Shown: positions 9,261 through 19,261, numbered from the stretch's first letter. The stretch is DNA of 64,000 bases from an uncultured Gammaproteobacteria bacterium (GCA_964540635.1 CAZINP010000005.1:24890-88889); one strand, 5' to 3'. Numbers and translations: made by a program. The notes: generated by a model from the letters alone, not told the origin.

Positions 9261-11549
9261 TTGTTAATGGAGCATTTTTTGGTTAAAATTAACCAGCTGA
9301 TTGTAAAAACAAACAGCAAGCAAAAGACCTTCGTCAGAAGCTTTGTTACAAAGCCGGCCACACCGGTTCAAATTAAGTTTGGGAAAATTTTTGGCTTAAT
9401 TGAAATTGAATCAAACTTGCCTAAAATTTCCAACCTTATTGATGTAATTATTGATGAAATTAAAAACTCTTATTATGACAGCGAGGAAATTAACGACGGG
9501 ATTAATCTGACAGATAAATTTGAAAAGTCTCTAAAAAAGACCAACATCGCCATCGCCTCTTTTCTTGAGGCCGAACAGGTTGTTTTAGATCTTGATAAAA
9601 TTAATATTATAATCGGTTTGGTTCACGGCCAAGATCTATTTTTGGCTCAAGTGGGAAAAATTAATTGTTTGCTGCTTTATCGCCTGCCGAATAAAAATTA
9701 TCGACTGATTAACATTATTGAAACCACAAAATCAAGTTTTTCCGTTCCTGATCCAATTAAACTTTTTTCGCAGGTTATTTCCGGTAGGATCAGGCCACAC
9801 GATGTAATCTTTATCAGTACCAACAATCTTCTTGATTATTTCTCGCAGGACAAATTAATAAACATAATTTGTTCAGATACCCTTGCTCAGACAACAATCC
9901 AACTAAAAACGTTGATTGAAAAGATTAACAGCAAAGAAAATTTTGGGGCAATGACTTTTGAAATTGAAAAAGAAAAAATTGATGATATTAAGGAAGTAAA
10001 ACCTCAAAAAACCGAGTTAAGCTTTACGGCCAGCTCCCCTTTTAAAGAGTCAATGGCCGGATTAATCAGAACCGAAAAAGAAACTGAAAAATTTTTAACG
10101 CCGACACTTCTACCTGAAATTAAAAAAATATTTATTAATCTTAAAGATTTGGGAGGCGGTTTATTTTCCAGCGTCAGCCAATCAACTGCCGAATTAATTA
10201 AAAATCAAAATTCTCAGATTAAAGAAAAAATTTTGGATAATCACAATCTATCGTTATTTAATAAATTTACATCAAAAACACTTGCCTTTCTCGTGCCGTT
10301 TAGGGCCATATTTAATATTGCTTTTGGCTTTTTAAAATATAAAATATTTTACCCTTTTGTTAAAATTGGTTCAGCGATTAAAAAAACCAAAGTTGGCGCT
10401 CTGATTGAGCGCTATAAAGCAATGCCCAAATCAAGTCAGGTTCTCTTTTTAGTTAGCTTGATTTTAGCGGTTTCTTTTATTTTTTCCCTTGGATTTTTAT
10501 TAAGAAACAATAAAATATTAAAAGCAACGGATGAATTTAACCAGATAATCTTGGAAGTGGAAAGCAAGAAAAACAATGCAGAATCAAGCTTGATTTATCG
10601 CGACGAAAATCTGGCGCGAAAACTTCTTTTAGAAGCAAAGACTACGGCGGCAAATATTAAACCGACCACTTCTTCGCAAAAAAAGTATTTGGATAATCTT
10701 AATTCCGAAATCGAAGAACAGCTCAAAAATCTAAGGCATATGGTTGAAATTGCCGAACCGGTTCAACTGGCTAATTTTGCCAATTTAGACAACCAAGTTC
10801 AGCTGGCAAATTTTGCCGCTCTCTATAAACGTCTCATTTTTACCCAAAATTTAAACAATAAAAATATTTTTAAAGTTAATTTGGATACGTGGGTAATGAA
10901 TGCCATTGCCATGGACAATCAAAACCTTGGCAACATTAAGTTTGGATTGACAAGCGAAAATGAGATTGTATTAATCAATGAAGAAAAAAAATTGTTCCGC
11001 CTAAGAACGGATAACGACAGCATTTCATCGGCAAATTTTGACATACCCCAAAATGGCGGCATTGCAGACGTTGGTGCGTTTAAAAATTATTTATATGTAT
11101 TGGATAATGCCAATAATCAAGTTTATCGACTGACAAAAAATGCAAACGGTTTTGAGGGCAAAACCGACTGGATTAAAGCCGTTGGTCTTGATTTAAAAGA
11201 CGCCTCAGCCATTGCCATAGACGGCTCGGTTTATATCCTAAAAAATAACGGGGAAATTGTTAAGCTTTCAAATGGTAAACCTGATACTTTTGAAGTCAAC
11301 AGCGTTGAGCCGCAACTAAATATGCCAACGAAAATCAAAACAACTGACGTTTCAAAGTATCTGTATGTTCTTGATCCAAACAACAAACGCATCGTAGTAA
11401 TTAACAAAGAAACCGGTAACCTGGTTATTCAATACACCTCCCCCGCCTTTGACGATTTAAAAGATATCAGCATTGATGAAGCGGATAAAAAAATATTTGT
11501 CTTGAATAAAACCACGGTTCTGGGGATACCAACCGAACACATTAAATAA
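9261..11549 (+). CDS. Large membrane-anchored protein: PP2C-like N-terminal fold, TM, coiled coil, C-terminal beta-propeller
   Basis: Repeated YLYVLD/IAIDGSVY/IFVLN blades, TM near aa 395-415; start codon uncertain. Confidence 0.6.
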   Translation: MLMEHFLVKINQLIVKTNSKQKTFVRSFVTKPATPVQIKFGKIFGLIEIESNLPKISNLIDVIIDEIKNSYYDSEEINDGINLTDKFEKSLKKTNIAIASFLEAEQVVLDLDKINIIIGLVHGQDLFLAQVGKINCLLLYRLPNKNYRLINIIETTKSSFSVPDPIKLFSQVISGRIRPHDVIFISTNNLLDYFSQDKLINIICSDTLAQTTIQLKTLIEKINSKENFGAMTFEIEKEKIDDIKEVKPQKTELSFTASSPFKESMAGLIRTEKETEKFLTPTLLPEIKKIFINLKDLGGGLFSSVSQSTAELIKNQNSQIKEKILDNHNLSLFNKFTSKTLAFLVPFRAIFNIAFGFLKYKIFYPFVKIGSAIKKTKVGALIERYKAMPKSSQVLFLVSLILAVSFIFSLGFLLRNNKILKATDEFNQIILEVESKKNNAESSLIYRDENLARKLLLEAKTTAANIKPTTSSQKKYLDNLNSEIEEQLKNLRHMVEIAEPVQLANFANLDNQVQLANFAALYKRLIFTQNLNNKNIFKVNLDTWVMNAIAMDNQNLGNIKFGLTSENEIVLINEEKKLFRLRTDNDSISSANFDIPQNGGIADVGAFKNYLYVLDNANNQVYRLTKNANGFEGKTDWIKAVGLDLKDASAIAIDGSVYILKNNGEIVKLSNGKPDTFEVNSVEPQLNMPTKIKTTDVSKYLYVLDPNNKRIVVINKETGNLVIQYTSPAFDDLKDISIDEADKKIFVLNKTTVLGIPTEHIK

Positions 11550-11551
11550 AT

Positions 11552-11587
11552 AAAAAAACATCCCCGTCTGGCGGGGATGTTTTTTTA
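11552..11587. terminator. Bidirectional intrinsic terminator
   Basis: A-tract, ACATCCCCG...CGGGGATGT stem, T-tract between convergent genes. Confidence 0.85.
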
Positions 11588-11594
11588 TTGGAAT

Positions 11595-11999
11595 TTATTT
11601 CAAGGTAACCTTGGCGCCAGCTTCTTCTAAGCTCTTTTTGATCTTTTCAGCGTCTTCTTTCTTAACGCCTTCTTTGATAACCTTAGGAGCGCCATCAACT
11701 AAATCTTTGGCTTCTTTTAAGCCCAATTCAGTTACGGCTCTAACGGCCTTGATGACATTGATTTTATTGGCACCGGCATCGGTCAATTCAATGTCAAATT
11801 CTGTTTTTTCTTCAGCGGCAGCACCAGCGGCAGCACCGGGCATAGCGGCCACGGCCATCGGGGCGGCAGCGGAAACGCCAAATTTTTCTTCCAAAACTTT
11901 GACTAATTCCGCCAAGTCCAAAACGGACATTTTTTCGATCTCCTGAACAATTGATTTGAATTTTTCAGGGATGATCACTTCTTTTTTTTCGTCTGACAT
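11595..11999 (-). CDS. rplL: 50S ribosomal protein L7/L12
   Basis: [25 protein letters not shown] and [11 protein letters not shown] motifs. Confidence 0.98.
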   Translation of the reverse strand: MSDEKKEVIIPEKFKSIVQEIEKMSVLDLAELVKVLEEKFGVSAAAPMAVAAMPGAAAGAAAEEKTEFDIELTDAGANKINVIKAVRAVTELGLKEAKDLVDGAPKVIKEGVKKEDAEKIKKSLEEAGAKVTLK

Positions 12000-12026
12000 A
12001 ATTTTATTCTTAGATTATTTTATTAA

Positions 12027-12551
12027 TTAATTTTTAGAATCTTTAACGGCATTAAGCACGTAAACTAAATTGCGCAAATTTCCCGCCAAGACATTGACAA
12101 ATCCGGAGACCGGCGCATTGATTTGACCAAGGAGCTGGCCCAAAAGCTGCTGCTTGGAAGGCAATTTGGAAAGTTCAATTACTTTTTCTTTGCCTACGAA
12201 CCTCTTTTCCAAAATACCGCCAACGGCAACCATGGCCGGATATTGTTTAGAAAAATCGGCCACAATTCTGGCCGGAGCGACCTCATCGCTTAAACCCAAA
12301 AGAGTACCAATACTGTTTTCAAAACTCTTGGGATCTGCATCTTCAAAACCGGCCTCTTTAAAAGCCAATTTCATAAGTGTTTTTTTGGCAACCGAATAAC
12401 CGACGTTTTCCGCTCGACATTTCTTTCTGAATTCTTCAATCTCCTTAACTTTCAAATTGTCGAAATTGACAAAAACAACGGATTTGGCGTCCTTGAGTTT
12501 TTGAGTAAACTCATTTAACTCTTTTTCTTTTTGTAATCTTGTTTTAGCCAT
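12027..12551 (-). CDS. rplJ: 50S ribosomal protein L10
   Basis: VAKKTL and LSKLPSK motifs; directly upstream of rplL. Confidence 0.95.
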   Translation of the reverse strand: MAKTRLQKEKELNEFTQKLKDAKSVVFVNFDNLKVKEIEEFRKKCRAENVGYSVAKKTLMKLAFKEAGFEDADPKSFENSIGTLLGLSDEVAPARIVADFSKQYPAMVAVGGILEKRFVGKEKVIELSKLPSKQQLLGQLLGQINAPVSGFVNVLAGNLRNLVYVLNAVKDSKN

Positions 12552-12580
12552 ATATTACTTAATTCTTAATATTTTATAAT

Positions 12581-12690
12581 AAAAAAATGTGGCAAAAACC
12601 ACAGACTTTAAGCAAAACGATTTGCTTTTTACCTACATCGGGCGGCTTTTTGGCCTATTTAAGCGATAATCGCCCCAATGGTCTGAGGTT
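12581..12690 (-). ncRNA. L10 leader-like cis-regulatory RNA with attenuator hairpin
   Basis: Minus strand CCTCAGAC-CATTGGG...CTTAAA...CCCGATG-TAGG, then TGTGGTTTTTGCCACA-TTTTTTT, directly upstream of rplJ. Confidence 0.7.
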
Positions 12691-12731
12691 TAAATTTTAT
12701 AAATAAATTTTATCTTAAAATATCAATAATG

Positions 12732-13412
12732 TCAAGAAACAACCGTTCCTTTAAAATCCTTGCCGGCTAAAAATCTCTCTAAATTTGCGATATCGCTGCC
12801 TTTCATAACTACCAAGTCAATGCCCGAATTGCTGGCTAAATGGCTGGCAATGGGATCAAACGGAACGTGAGCGCCGGGAACCCATTTACGGCCGACTAAT
12901 TTCAGAAAATCAGGCCACCTCATATTCTTTTGAGCAACGGCATCTTTAAACTTTTTGGGGTCCTTGTCGTAAACAAAAGCAATATTGGAAAGATTAATAA
13001 CGGTTTTAGCCTTGTAAGCCTTAGCGATTAAAACCGCGTCTTTGTCCGAAGAAGATCCGGGCAAATAGCCGGCACCGACGATAATTTTTTTGCTTGTTTT
13101 AATCGCCTTGCTCGGGTTATCAATTACTCCCTCCAAAGCCGCCTGACCAAAAATTCCGCTCACCAGCTCGGCATTAAGCTTTGTCGTGGCAATGCCAATC
13201 CAATCCAAATCCCGATGAGTAATTTTTGGATTAACCTCTCGGGCGGCTTGATGATACTTTCTGCAAGTTCGGCCGCCGCCGCATATCAAAATAACACGAT
13301 TGTTTTTTTTAGTATAATTTAAAATTACTTTTTTGAATTTTTTCAAAAAATTAATATCAAGCTCTTCCGGGGCAATCAAAGAACCGCCCAAAGACATTAC
13401 AATTGTTTTCAT
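12732..13412 (-). CDS. pyrH: UMP kinase, archaeal type
   Basis: SLGGSL, CGGGRTCR, DWIGI, VYDKDP and PFDPIAS motifs. Confidence 0.9.
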   Translation of the reverse strand: MKTIVMSLGGSLIAPEELDINFLKKFKKVILNYTKKNNRVILICGGGRTCRKYHQAAREVNPKITHRDLDWIGIATTKLNAELVSGIFGQAALEGVIDNPSKAIKTSKKIIVGAGYLPGSSSDKDAVLIAKAYKAKTVINLSNIAFVYDKDPKKFKDAVAQKNMRWPDFLKLVGRKWVPGAHVPFDPIASHLASNSGIDLVVMKGSDIANLERFLAGKDFKGTVVS

Positions 13413-13432
13413 AAAATAAAATTTAATTACTA

Positions 13433-14452
13433 TTAATAATATTTGGCCTTGGCCGCCAGATGCTGTTCGTAAGTTTTACTATAAATTACTTTTCCTTCCG
13501 GAGTTGTTAAGAAATAATAATATTCGTTTGATTTTGGATAAATTGCAGCCATTATTGCCGAAAGGCTTGGATTTGATATCGGCCCGGGCGGCAAACCACG
13601 ATACTTATAGGTATTATAAGGATTGTCCAAACGAGTGTCGTTAAGGCTTGGTCTTGTTGTCCCCTTGTCGGTGATATAGTTCACTGTCGCGTCTGATTGC
13701 AGGCCGATATTATTTTTTAATCTTTTGTAAAAAATATCAGCCACCATCTTTCTGTCAGCATCACCCGGCACTTCTTTTTCAATAATAGAGGCTAGGGTTA
13801 AAATCTCATGAACAGTTTTGCCCTGGCTTTTTATTTCAGCCAAAAGCTCAGGGGTTATTTTTTTCCCAAAATTATCAAGTATTTTTTTGACAATATCCTG
13901 AATTGATGCGGTTTTATAAACACGGTAAGTATCGGGAAACAAATATCCTTCTAAATCAAGATTTTTAGGCCGACTGGATAGAAAATCATAATCATCCCAC
14001 CAAGACTGCTTTTTTTGCACAATTTCAAAAAAATCAGACTCAGAACCAAAGCCCTGCTCAGCCAAATACTTGGCATAATCTCTATTATTCCACCCCTCAA
14101 TAAAAGTAAGGGTTACTTCTTCAAAATTTTCATTTTTTATCTTTTGGGTCAAAATTTTTACAATCTCTTTTATGCTAAGATTTGAATCTAAAACGTATTG
14201 ACCCGGCTGCAAAGAACTTGCTTTCCCCTGCTGCCAAATATAAAGCTCAAAGACAACCCAATCACGAATAAAGCCTTGCTTTTTTAATTCTTTGCTGACA
14301 ATAACACTGCCCCACTTCGGTTCAACGCTAAAGGCTCTTTCTGCAGACTGGCTGCTCAAAGGAGCGTTTATGGTGTAAACGAAATAAGCGCTGTAGATTA
14401 CAGCGGCGAATATCAAACTTATAGTAAAAATTTTTATCAATTTTAACTTCAT
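13433..14452 (-). CDS. mltG: Endolytic transglycosylase
   Basis: LEGYLFPDTY, LASIIEKE, LQSDAT and NPYNTY..GLPPGPI motifs. Confidence 0.95.
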   Translation of the reverse strand: MKLKLIKIFTISLIFAAVIYSAYFVYTINAPLSSQSAERAFSVEPKWGSVIVSKELKKQGFIRDWVVFELYIWQQGKASSLQPGQYVLDSNLSIKEIVKILTQKIKNENFEEVTLTFIEGWNNRDYAKYLAEQGFGSESDFFEIVQKKQSWWDDYDFLSSRPKNLDLEGYLFPDTYRVYKTASIQDIVKKILDNFGKKITPELLAEIKSQGKTVHEILTLASIIEKEVPGDADRKMVADIFYKRLKNNIGLQSDATVNYITDKGTTRPSLNDTRLDNPYNTYKYRGLPPGPISNPSLSAIMAAIYPKSNEYYYFLTTPEGKVIYSKTYEQHLAAKAKYY

Positions 14453-14467
14453 TTATATTTAATGACT

Positions 14468-15184
14468 TTAATATTTAAACGGTCCGGCCCACTCTTTTTT
14501 AACTCTTTCATATCTTTCCGGCGTGCCCGTATCAAACCACTGGGCGTTTGATTTATAGCCAAAGAGTTTCCCCGAATCAGCCACGGCCGGGAAAATGTCC
14601 TTTTCCATCATGACAAAATCTTTTTTGGGCAAATAGTCAAAAATTTCCGGTGAAATAATATAGTAACCCGAATTGGCGTATTTTGAAGGCGCCGATTCTC
14701 TGGTTGGCTTTTCAACAAATTCAATTATCTTGTCTTTATCAAGACGAGCGATACCAACTGGCGTCGGATCCTCAACTTCAACCAGGGCAATGGTGGCCAC
14801 GGCCTTATTCTTCTTGTGCTCTTCCAGCATGGCTTTAAAGTCACAAGCAAAAAGATTATCGCCATTGCACATAAAAAAATCTTCTTGTAAAATTTTGCCG
14901 GACTGCTTAAGCAGTAATAACGGACCGGCCGTTCCCAATCTATCTTTTTCGTGTAAATATTCAATCTTTGACTGAAAATTTTCCCCGCTGCCAAAATACT
15001 CTCTCATCTGATCGGCCAAATAACTAATTGATAAGTAAAAATCATTAACCCCGATATTTTTAAAAATATCCATTGTGTGCTCGGTCAAAGTCTTTCCCTG
15101 AACAGGGATTAAAGCCTTGGGCATTTGATATGTCAGAGGCCTCAAGCGCGTCCCTTCACCACCGGCCAATATAATTGAAATCAT
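14468..15184 (-). CDS. Sugar-phosphate nucleotidyltransferase (GMPP-like)
   Basis: LAGGEGTRLRPLT, PKAL, LGTAG, NGD, FVEKP and WFDTGT motifs. Confidence 0.85.
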   Translation of the reverse strand: MISIILAGGEGTRLRPLTYQMPKALIPVQGKTLTEHTMDIFKNIGVNDFYLSISYLADQMREYFGSGENFQSKIEYLHEKDRLGTAGPLLLLKQSGKILQEDFFMCNGDNLFACDFKAMLEEHKKNKAVATIALVEVEDPTPVGIARLDKDKIIEFVEKPTRESAPSKYANSGYYIISPEIFDYLPKKDFVMMEKDIFPAVADSGKLFGYKSNAQWFDTGTPERYERVKKEWAGPFKY

Positions 15185-15271
15185 ATATTTAGAATATTTA
15201 AGATATAAAAAATCTTACCAAATAAACCTTTTTTAAGCAAGACTAATTTGAATAAAAAATATGCAAAAATA

Positions 15272-16090
15272 CTACTTCAGAAGGAATAAATACGAAAGAA
15301 GAACAATGCCCAAAACAATACGGTAATAGGCAAATATTTTTAAAGAATTTCTCTCTAAAAATTTTAAAAAATATTTAATACATAAATAACCGGTGATGGC
15401 TGAGACAAAAAAACCAATCAACAAAGAATAAACATCGGCATAGGCTAGATCCATTTGAATCAAATCAATAAATTTTTTGAGGCCGGCTCCCAAAATTAAC
15501 GGCGTGGAAACCAAAAAAGAAAAATAAGCCGCGTCTTTACGGTTCAGTTTCTGACTTAAACCTGCTATAATGGTTATGCCGGAACGTGAAACTCCCGGGA
15601 TTAATGAAAGAATTTGCGCCAAGCCGATAACCAAAGAATCTTTGACATTCAATTTATTTAAGGGTTTTAAGAGCGAGGCAAACTTATCGGCAAAAAATAA
15701 TACCACACCAACCAAAATTAGCATGATTCCAACAACCACCGGACTTCTAAAAAAATTTTCAATCTCTTTTTCGGCCAACAGACCGACTAACCCAGCCGGG
15801 ATTGCGGCCAAAAAAACCAGCCACGCCAACCGTTGAGTATCGTTATTCTTCAAGTCCGGCGCGATCAAGCTTTGCAACCAGGCTTTAAGGTATTTTAAAA
15901 GATCAAAAAAGAAAAAAGCGATTAAGGCCACCATGGTGCCTAGGTGTAAAATAACATCAAAGGCAATATCGTCGGCAAAATTAAAACCGAAAATTTCATG
16001 CAAAATTACAAGATGCCCAGAACTTGAAACCGGCAAAAACTCAGTTAAGCCCTGAATAATACCCGCCAAAAAAGAAAAAAAATAATTCAT
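15272..16090 (-). CDS. uppP: Undecaprenyl-diphosphate phosphatase
   Basis: QGLTEFLPVSSSGH and PGVSRSG motifs. Confidence 0.96.
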   Translation of the reverse strand: MNYFFSFLAGIIQGLTEFLPVSSSGHLVILHEIFGFNFADDIAFDVILHLGTMVALIAFFFFDLLKYLKAWLQSLIAPDLKNNDTQRLAWLVFLAAIPAGLVGLLAEKEIENFFRSPVVVGIMLILVGVVLFFADKFASLLKPLNKLNVKDSLVIGLAQILSLIPGVSRSGITIIAGLSQKLNRKDAAYFSFLVSTPLILGAGLKKFIDLIQMDLAYADVYSLLIGFFVSAITGYLCIKYFLKFLERNSLKIFAYYRIVLGIVLLSYLFLLK

Positions 16091-16109
16091 AAAATAAAAT
16101 TTTAAAATT

Positions 16110-16538
16110 ATGGATTTATCCTACATTATTATACCATTATTGGTATTAATTTCCAGCCAGGCAATTAAACTGGCCACCGACGGTATCAAAGGAAATTTTG
16201 ATTTTAAAAACTTTTTAATCAGCTACGGCGGCATGCCGTCTTCGCACACTTCATTCTCTACCTCAATTACAACCTTAATCGGATTAAGGCAGGGGTTTGA
16301 TTCGCCACTCTTTGCCGCCTGTTTGGTTTTTACGCTTTTGGTGATAAGAGACGCGACATCATTTAGAAATCTGCTTGGCAAACAAGCCCAAGTTTTTAAT
16401 AAATATATTGACAAGCTGCCCGGAAAAGAAAAAGTCGGCCTGAAGAAATTTAGAGAGAGGTTTGGTCACACCTATTTGGAAGTAATTGGCGGTTTAATCT
16501 GGGGAATAGCCCTAACTTTTTATTTAAATTTAGTATAA
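16110..16538 (+). CDS. Divergent PAP2 family (DUF212) membrane protein
   Basis: GGMPSSH and C-terminal GHT..EV motifs. Confidence 0.85.
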   Translation: MDLSYIIIPLLVLISSQAIKLATDGIKGNFDFKNFLISYGGMPSSHTSFSTSITTLIGLRQGFDSPLFAACLVFTLLVIRDATSFRNLLGKQAQVFNKYIDKLPGKEKVGLKKFRERFGHTYLEVIGGLIWGIALTFYLNLV

Positions 16539-16552
16539 TTTTTAGATTTTTC

Positions 16553-16581
16553 TTGACACGGTTTATGAAAAGTGTTAAACT
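16553..16581 (+). promoter_or_regulatory. Sigma70 promoter for the small acidic ORF
   Basis: TTGACA, 17 nt, TAAACT with extended -10 TG. Confidence 0.75.
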
Positions 16582-16609
16582 TAAAACCTAAGTCATAACA
16601 GAAAAAATC

Positions 16610-16714
16610 ATGTTTTTTGACGACGAAATGACCACCCCGGCTGCTGATGATACCGCGGCCGAACCTTCAACCGACGAAACTCCGGCTGAAGAATCAACCG
16701 AAGAAGCTGCTTAA
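16610..16714 (+). CDS. Small acidic protein, 34 aa (MFFDDEMTTPAADDTAAEPSTDETPAEESTEEAA)
   Basis: Manual translation; flanked by its own promoter and terminator; below the ORF-track size cutoff. Confidence 0.7.
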   Translation: MFFDDEMTTPAADDTAAEPSTDETPAEESTEEAA

Positions 16715-16723
16715 AGCTTAGAT

Positions 16724-16755
16724 AAAAAAGATCCGCCTTTTGGCGGATTTTTTTT
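16724..16755. terminator. Bidirectional intrinsic terminator
   Basis: A-tract, ATCCGCC TTTT GGCGGAT, T-tract. Confidence 0.85.
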
Positions 16756-16759
16756 GTTC

Positions 16760-17626
16760 TCATTTTTGACATTCCGAACAGTAATGCGTTCCCCTGCCAT
16801 TTAATTTTATTCGCCTAATTTCCCCACCGCAACGCTTACATTTCTTCCCTTTTCGTCCATAAACCTTTAAAAATGGAACCATGCCGCCCGGCTTACCGGT
16901 TAAAGTTACATAAGTATCAGCAGAAGTTCCTTTTTTTGAAATTGCCAAATCAATTATTTTATTAATACACTCATACAGCTTTTTTATCTCAATGGGTTCA
17001 AGTGATGCAGCCAGCCTCATTGGCAAAATGCCGGCACAAAAACATGATTCATCGCAATAAATATTGCCGATACCGCCGATTAATTTTTGATCCAAAAGAA
17101 TTAATTTAATAAAACGATTTGGATATTTCTTAACGATTGATTGGAAATAATTAAGATTAAATTCCTTGCTTAAAGGCTCGGGTCCATGCTCCATCACAAT
17201 TTGAGCTACTCCCTGATCATCAATTAATCGCGCCCAGCCAAACTTGCGTAAATCATTAAAATATAAAATTGAGCCATCACTAAAATTTAGAATCAAATGA
17301 GTAAATTTATTTGGCAAATCCTCAAGTCCGCCTTTTTGAGGGTGTCCACCAAAAACCGCTTTGCCTTTTTGGGGACGAAAAATCAACTGACCGGTGAGTT
17401 TCAGATGGATTGCCAAAGAAAGAGGCCCTTCTAAATCTAAAACCAAAACCTTAGAAAGACGAGAAATACTTTTAATCTTCTTATTTTTAATCAATTTTTG
17501 AAATTCTAAAACACTGTATGGTTTTACCATCTTAGACCAATTACATTCACTAGATTTAACAACTTTTCCCTTTACGACTTTTTGCAATTGGCGTTTTAGG
17601 GTTTCAACTTCTGGTAGTTCCGGCAT
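16760..17626 (-). CDS. mutM: Formamidopyrimidine-DNA glycosylase
   Basis: MPELPEVET, HLKLTG, DLRKFG, GIGNIY and C-terminal zinc finger. Confidence 0.95.
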   Translation of the reverse strand: MPELPEVETLKRQLQKVVKGKVVKSSECNWSKMVKPYSVLEFQKLIKNKKIKSISRLSKVLVLDLEGPLSLAIHLKLTGQLIFRPQKGKAVFGGHPQKGGLEDLPNKFTHLILNFSDGSILYFNDLRKFGWARLIDDQGVAQIVMEHGPEPLSKEFNLNYFQSIVKKYPNRFIKLILLDQKLIGGIGNIYCDESCFCAGILPMRLAASLEPIEIKKLYECINKIIDLAISKKGTSADTYVTLTGKPGGMVPFLKVYGRKGKKCKRCGGEIRRIKLNGRGTHYCSECQK

Positions 17627-17835
17627 AAAAAAATTACTCTTAACCTTTAAATCTTAACACTTTTTTGAACATAAAAAAAGCCTAAAAAAGGTTTATGTAT
17701 TAAAGCAAAAAAATCCAATTTAAAGCTAAAAAATTTTTTAATTTTTTACTATTGTTTCTTTGATTGACTTTGGCTATCTTTTTTGTTAAGGTTGGCAAAG
17801 AATAGTTCGGGAATTAGAACAACGGGAGAATAAGA

Positions 17836-19176
17836 ATGACATCGATTACCGATAGTTGGCAGTCGGTGTTAAACCGACTAAAAAACGTTTTGGAAGAACT
17901 TGACATGAAAAGTTGGATTTACCCTCTCAATCTCCACTCCTACCAAAACGGGGTGCTGAGTGTAGAGGTTCCAACCGATTTCTTTCGCGGCTGGATAAAT
18001 GAAAATTATCTGGCGCTGATAGAACAAGCCTGTCACTAAACGTTGCCCGATTTCAAGGGCATTCAAATTCTTGTCAACGAGCATTCCGCTCAGCTTGACG
18101 AGGAGACAGAGCTTGCCAAGGGCAAGCAAGCACAACCGGCATCTGCCGAAAAAGACAAAGCGACAGCCAAACAACGAACTTGGCTGATTGAACGCTTTGT
18201 GGTTGGCCCTGAAAACCGAGTGGCCCACGCGGTTGCCACCAGCGTTACCGAAAAAATAGAGGGGTGGCCGGAATGGCCGATTGTTTACCTCTATGGCCCG
18301 TGTGGGGTTGGCAAAACGCACTTGTTAAAAGGCATTGCCGAAATTGCTTATGCCAAGCAATGCCGGCAAAAATTGATAAGTGCCGAAGCCCTACTTAACG
18401 AATTTTCGGCCTCTATCTCCGAGAAGACCAGTGAGTCGTTTCGCAGGAAGTATCGCTCTTTAAGATTGCTCTTGATAGACGACGCAGATTTCCTACTTAA
18501 TGGGAATAAAATAAAATTCCGCGAGGAATTAGTCTTTCTCATTGAAGCGATCATTGGCAATCACGGTTGCGTGGTGTTTTGTGCCAACAACACGCCTCAA
18601 AAAACGCCAAGCACCAATGTTAAGCTTAACTCATTGCTGGTCTCAGGCCTGACAATTGAGATTAAAGCTCTTGGGAAAAAAACGCTCGAAGAAATTATTG
18701 AATATCGAGCGAAAAGAAAAAAAATCAGCCTCAAAAAAGAGGAAATAGAGGCAATTGCGGCAAGATGCTCAGACGTTCGAGAAGCGCTCGGCATCCTGAG
18801 TGGCATTAGGCTGCTCTCAAGCTCTTACGACCGTCCGGTTGATAGCGAGATCTTGGGCGAAGCCTGGGGGCACCTTAGCCCCAAGCAGGATTCACCACTA
18901 ACCATTCGTCGCATCCAAGAAGTAGTTGCCAAGTATTTCAGGATAAGACCGGAACTGCTAAACGGAAAGTCTCGAACTCACACTGTGAGCTATCCGAGAC
19001 AAATCGCCATGTACCTTTGCCGGAAATTTTTCCCGGATAAACCGATCAAGGAGATCGCCATAGCCTTTGGCAGGGATTACAGCACCGTGATCTATGCCTG
19101 CAAACAAATAGAGGAGGGCGACCTTGCCTCCCCTACAGACCTAAAAGCAATTGAAGAATTGCTCATCAAGGCCTGA
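17836..19176 (+). pseudogene. Divergent DnaA paralog interrupted by one in-frame TAA (18037-18039) after domain I
   Basis: ORFs 17836-18039 and 18043-19176 share a frame. Domain I (WI.PL...VPTDFFRGWI), Walker A GPCGVGKT, Walker B LLLIDD, domain IV PRQIAMYL...FGRDYSTV. May be a pseudogene, a sequencing error or a functional split. Confidence 0.75.
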
Positions 19177-19261
19177 ATTGCCGCTTAAGTCCAAAACTTG
19201 CGGCTTTTTTATATAATAAAAAGCCCGGAGTAAACCGGACTAAAGCGACAAGGCCAAACTG

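Noticed and set aside
11611-11946. Antisense ORFs over rplL and many other genes (e.g. 52428-52901, 60858-61316, 17878-18321)
   Set aside because: Shadow frames of well-supported genes, with no motifs or expression signals.
17627-17835. Possible oriC next to the dnaA-like gene
   Set aside because: AT-rich, but I found no DnaA box cluster, there is no dnaN, and the dnaA homolog is atypical.
18037-18039. Stop-codon reassignment as explanation for the dnaA stop
   Set aside because: TAA terminates most genes here and TGA also acts as a stop, so the code is standard.
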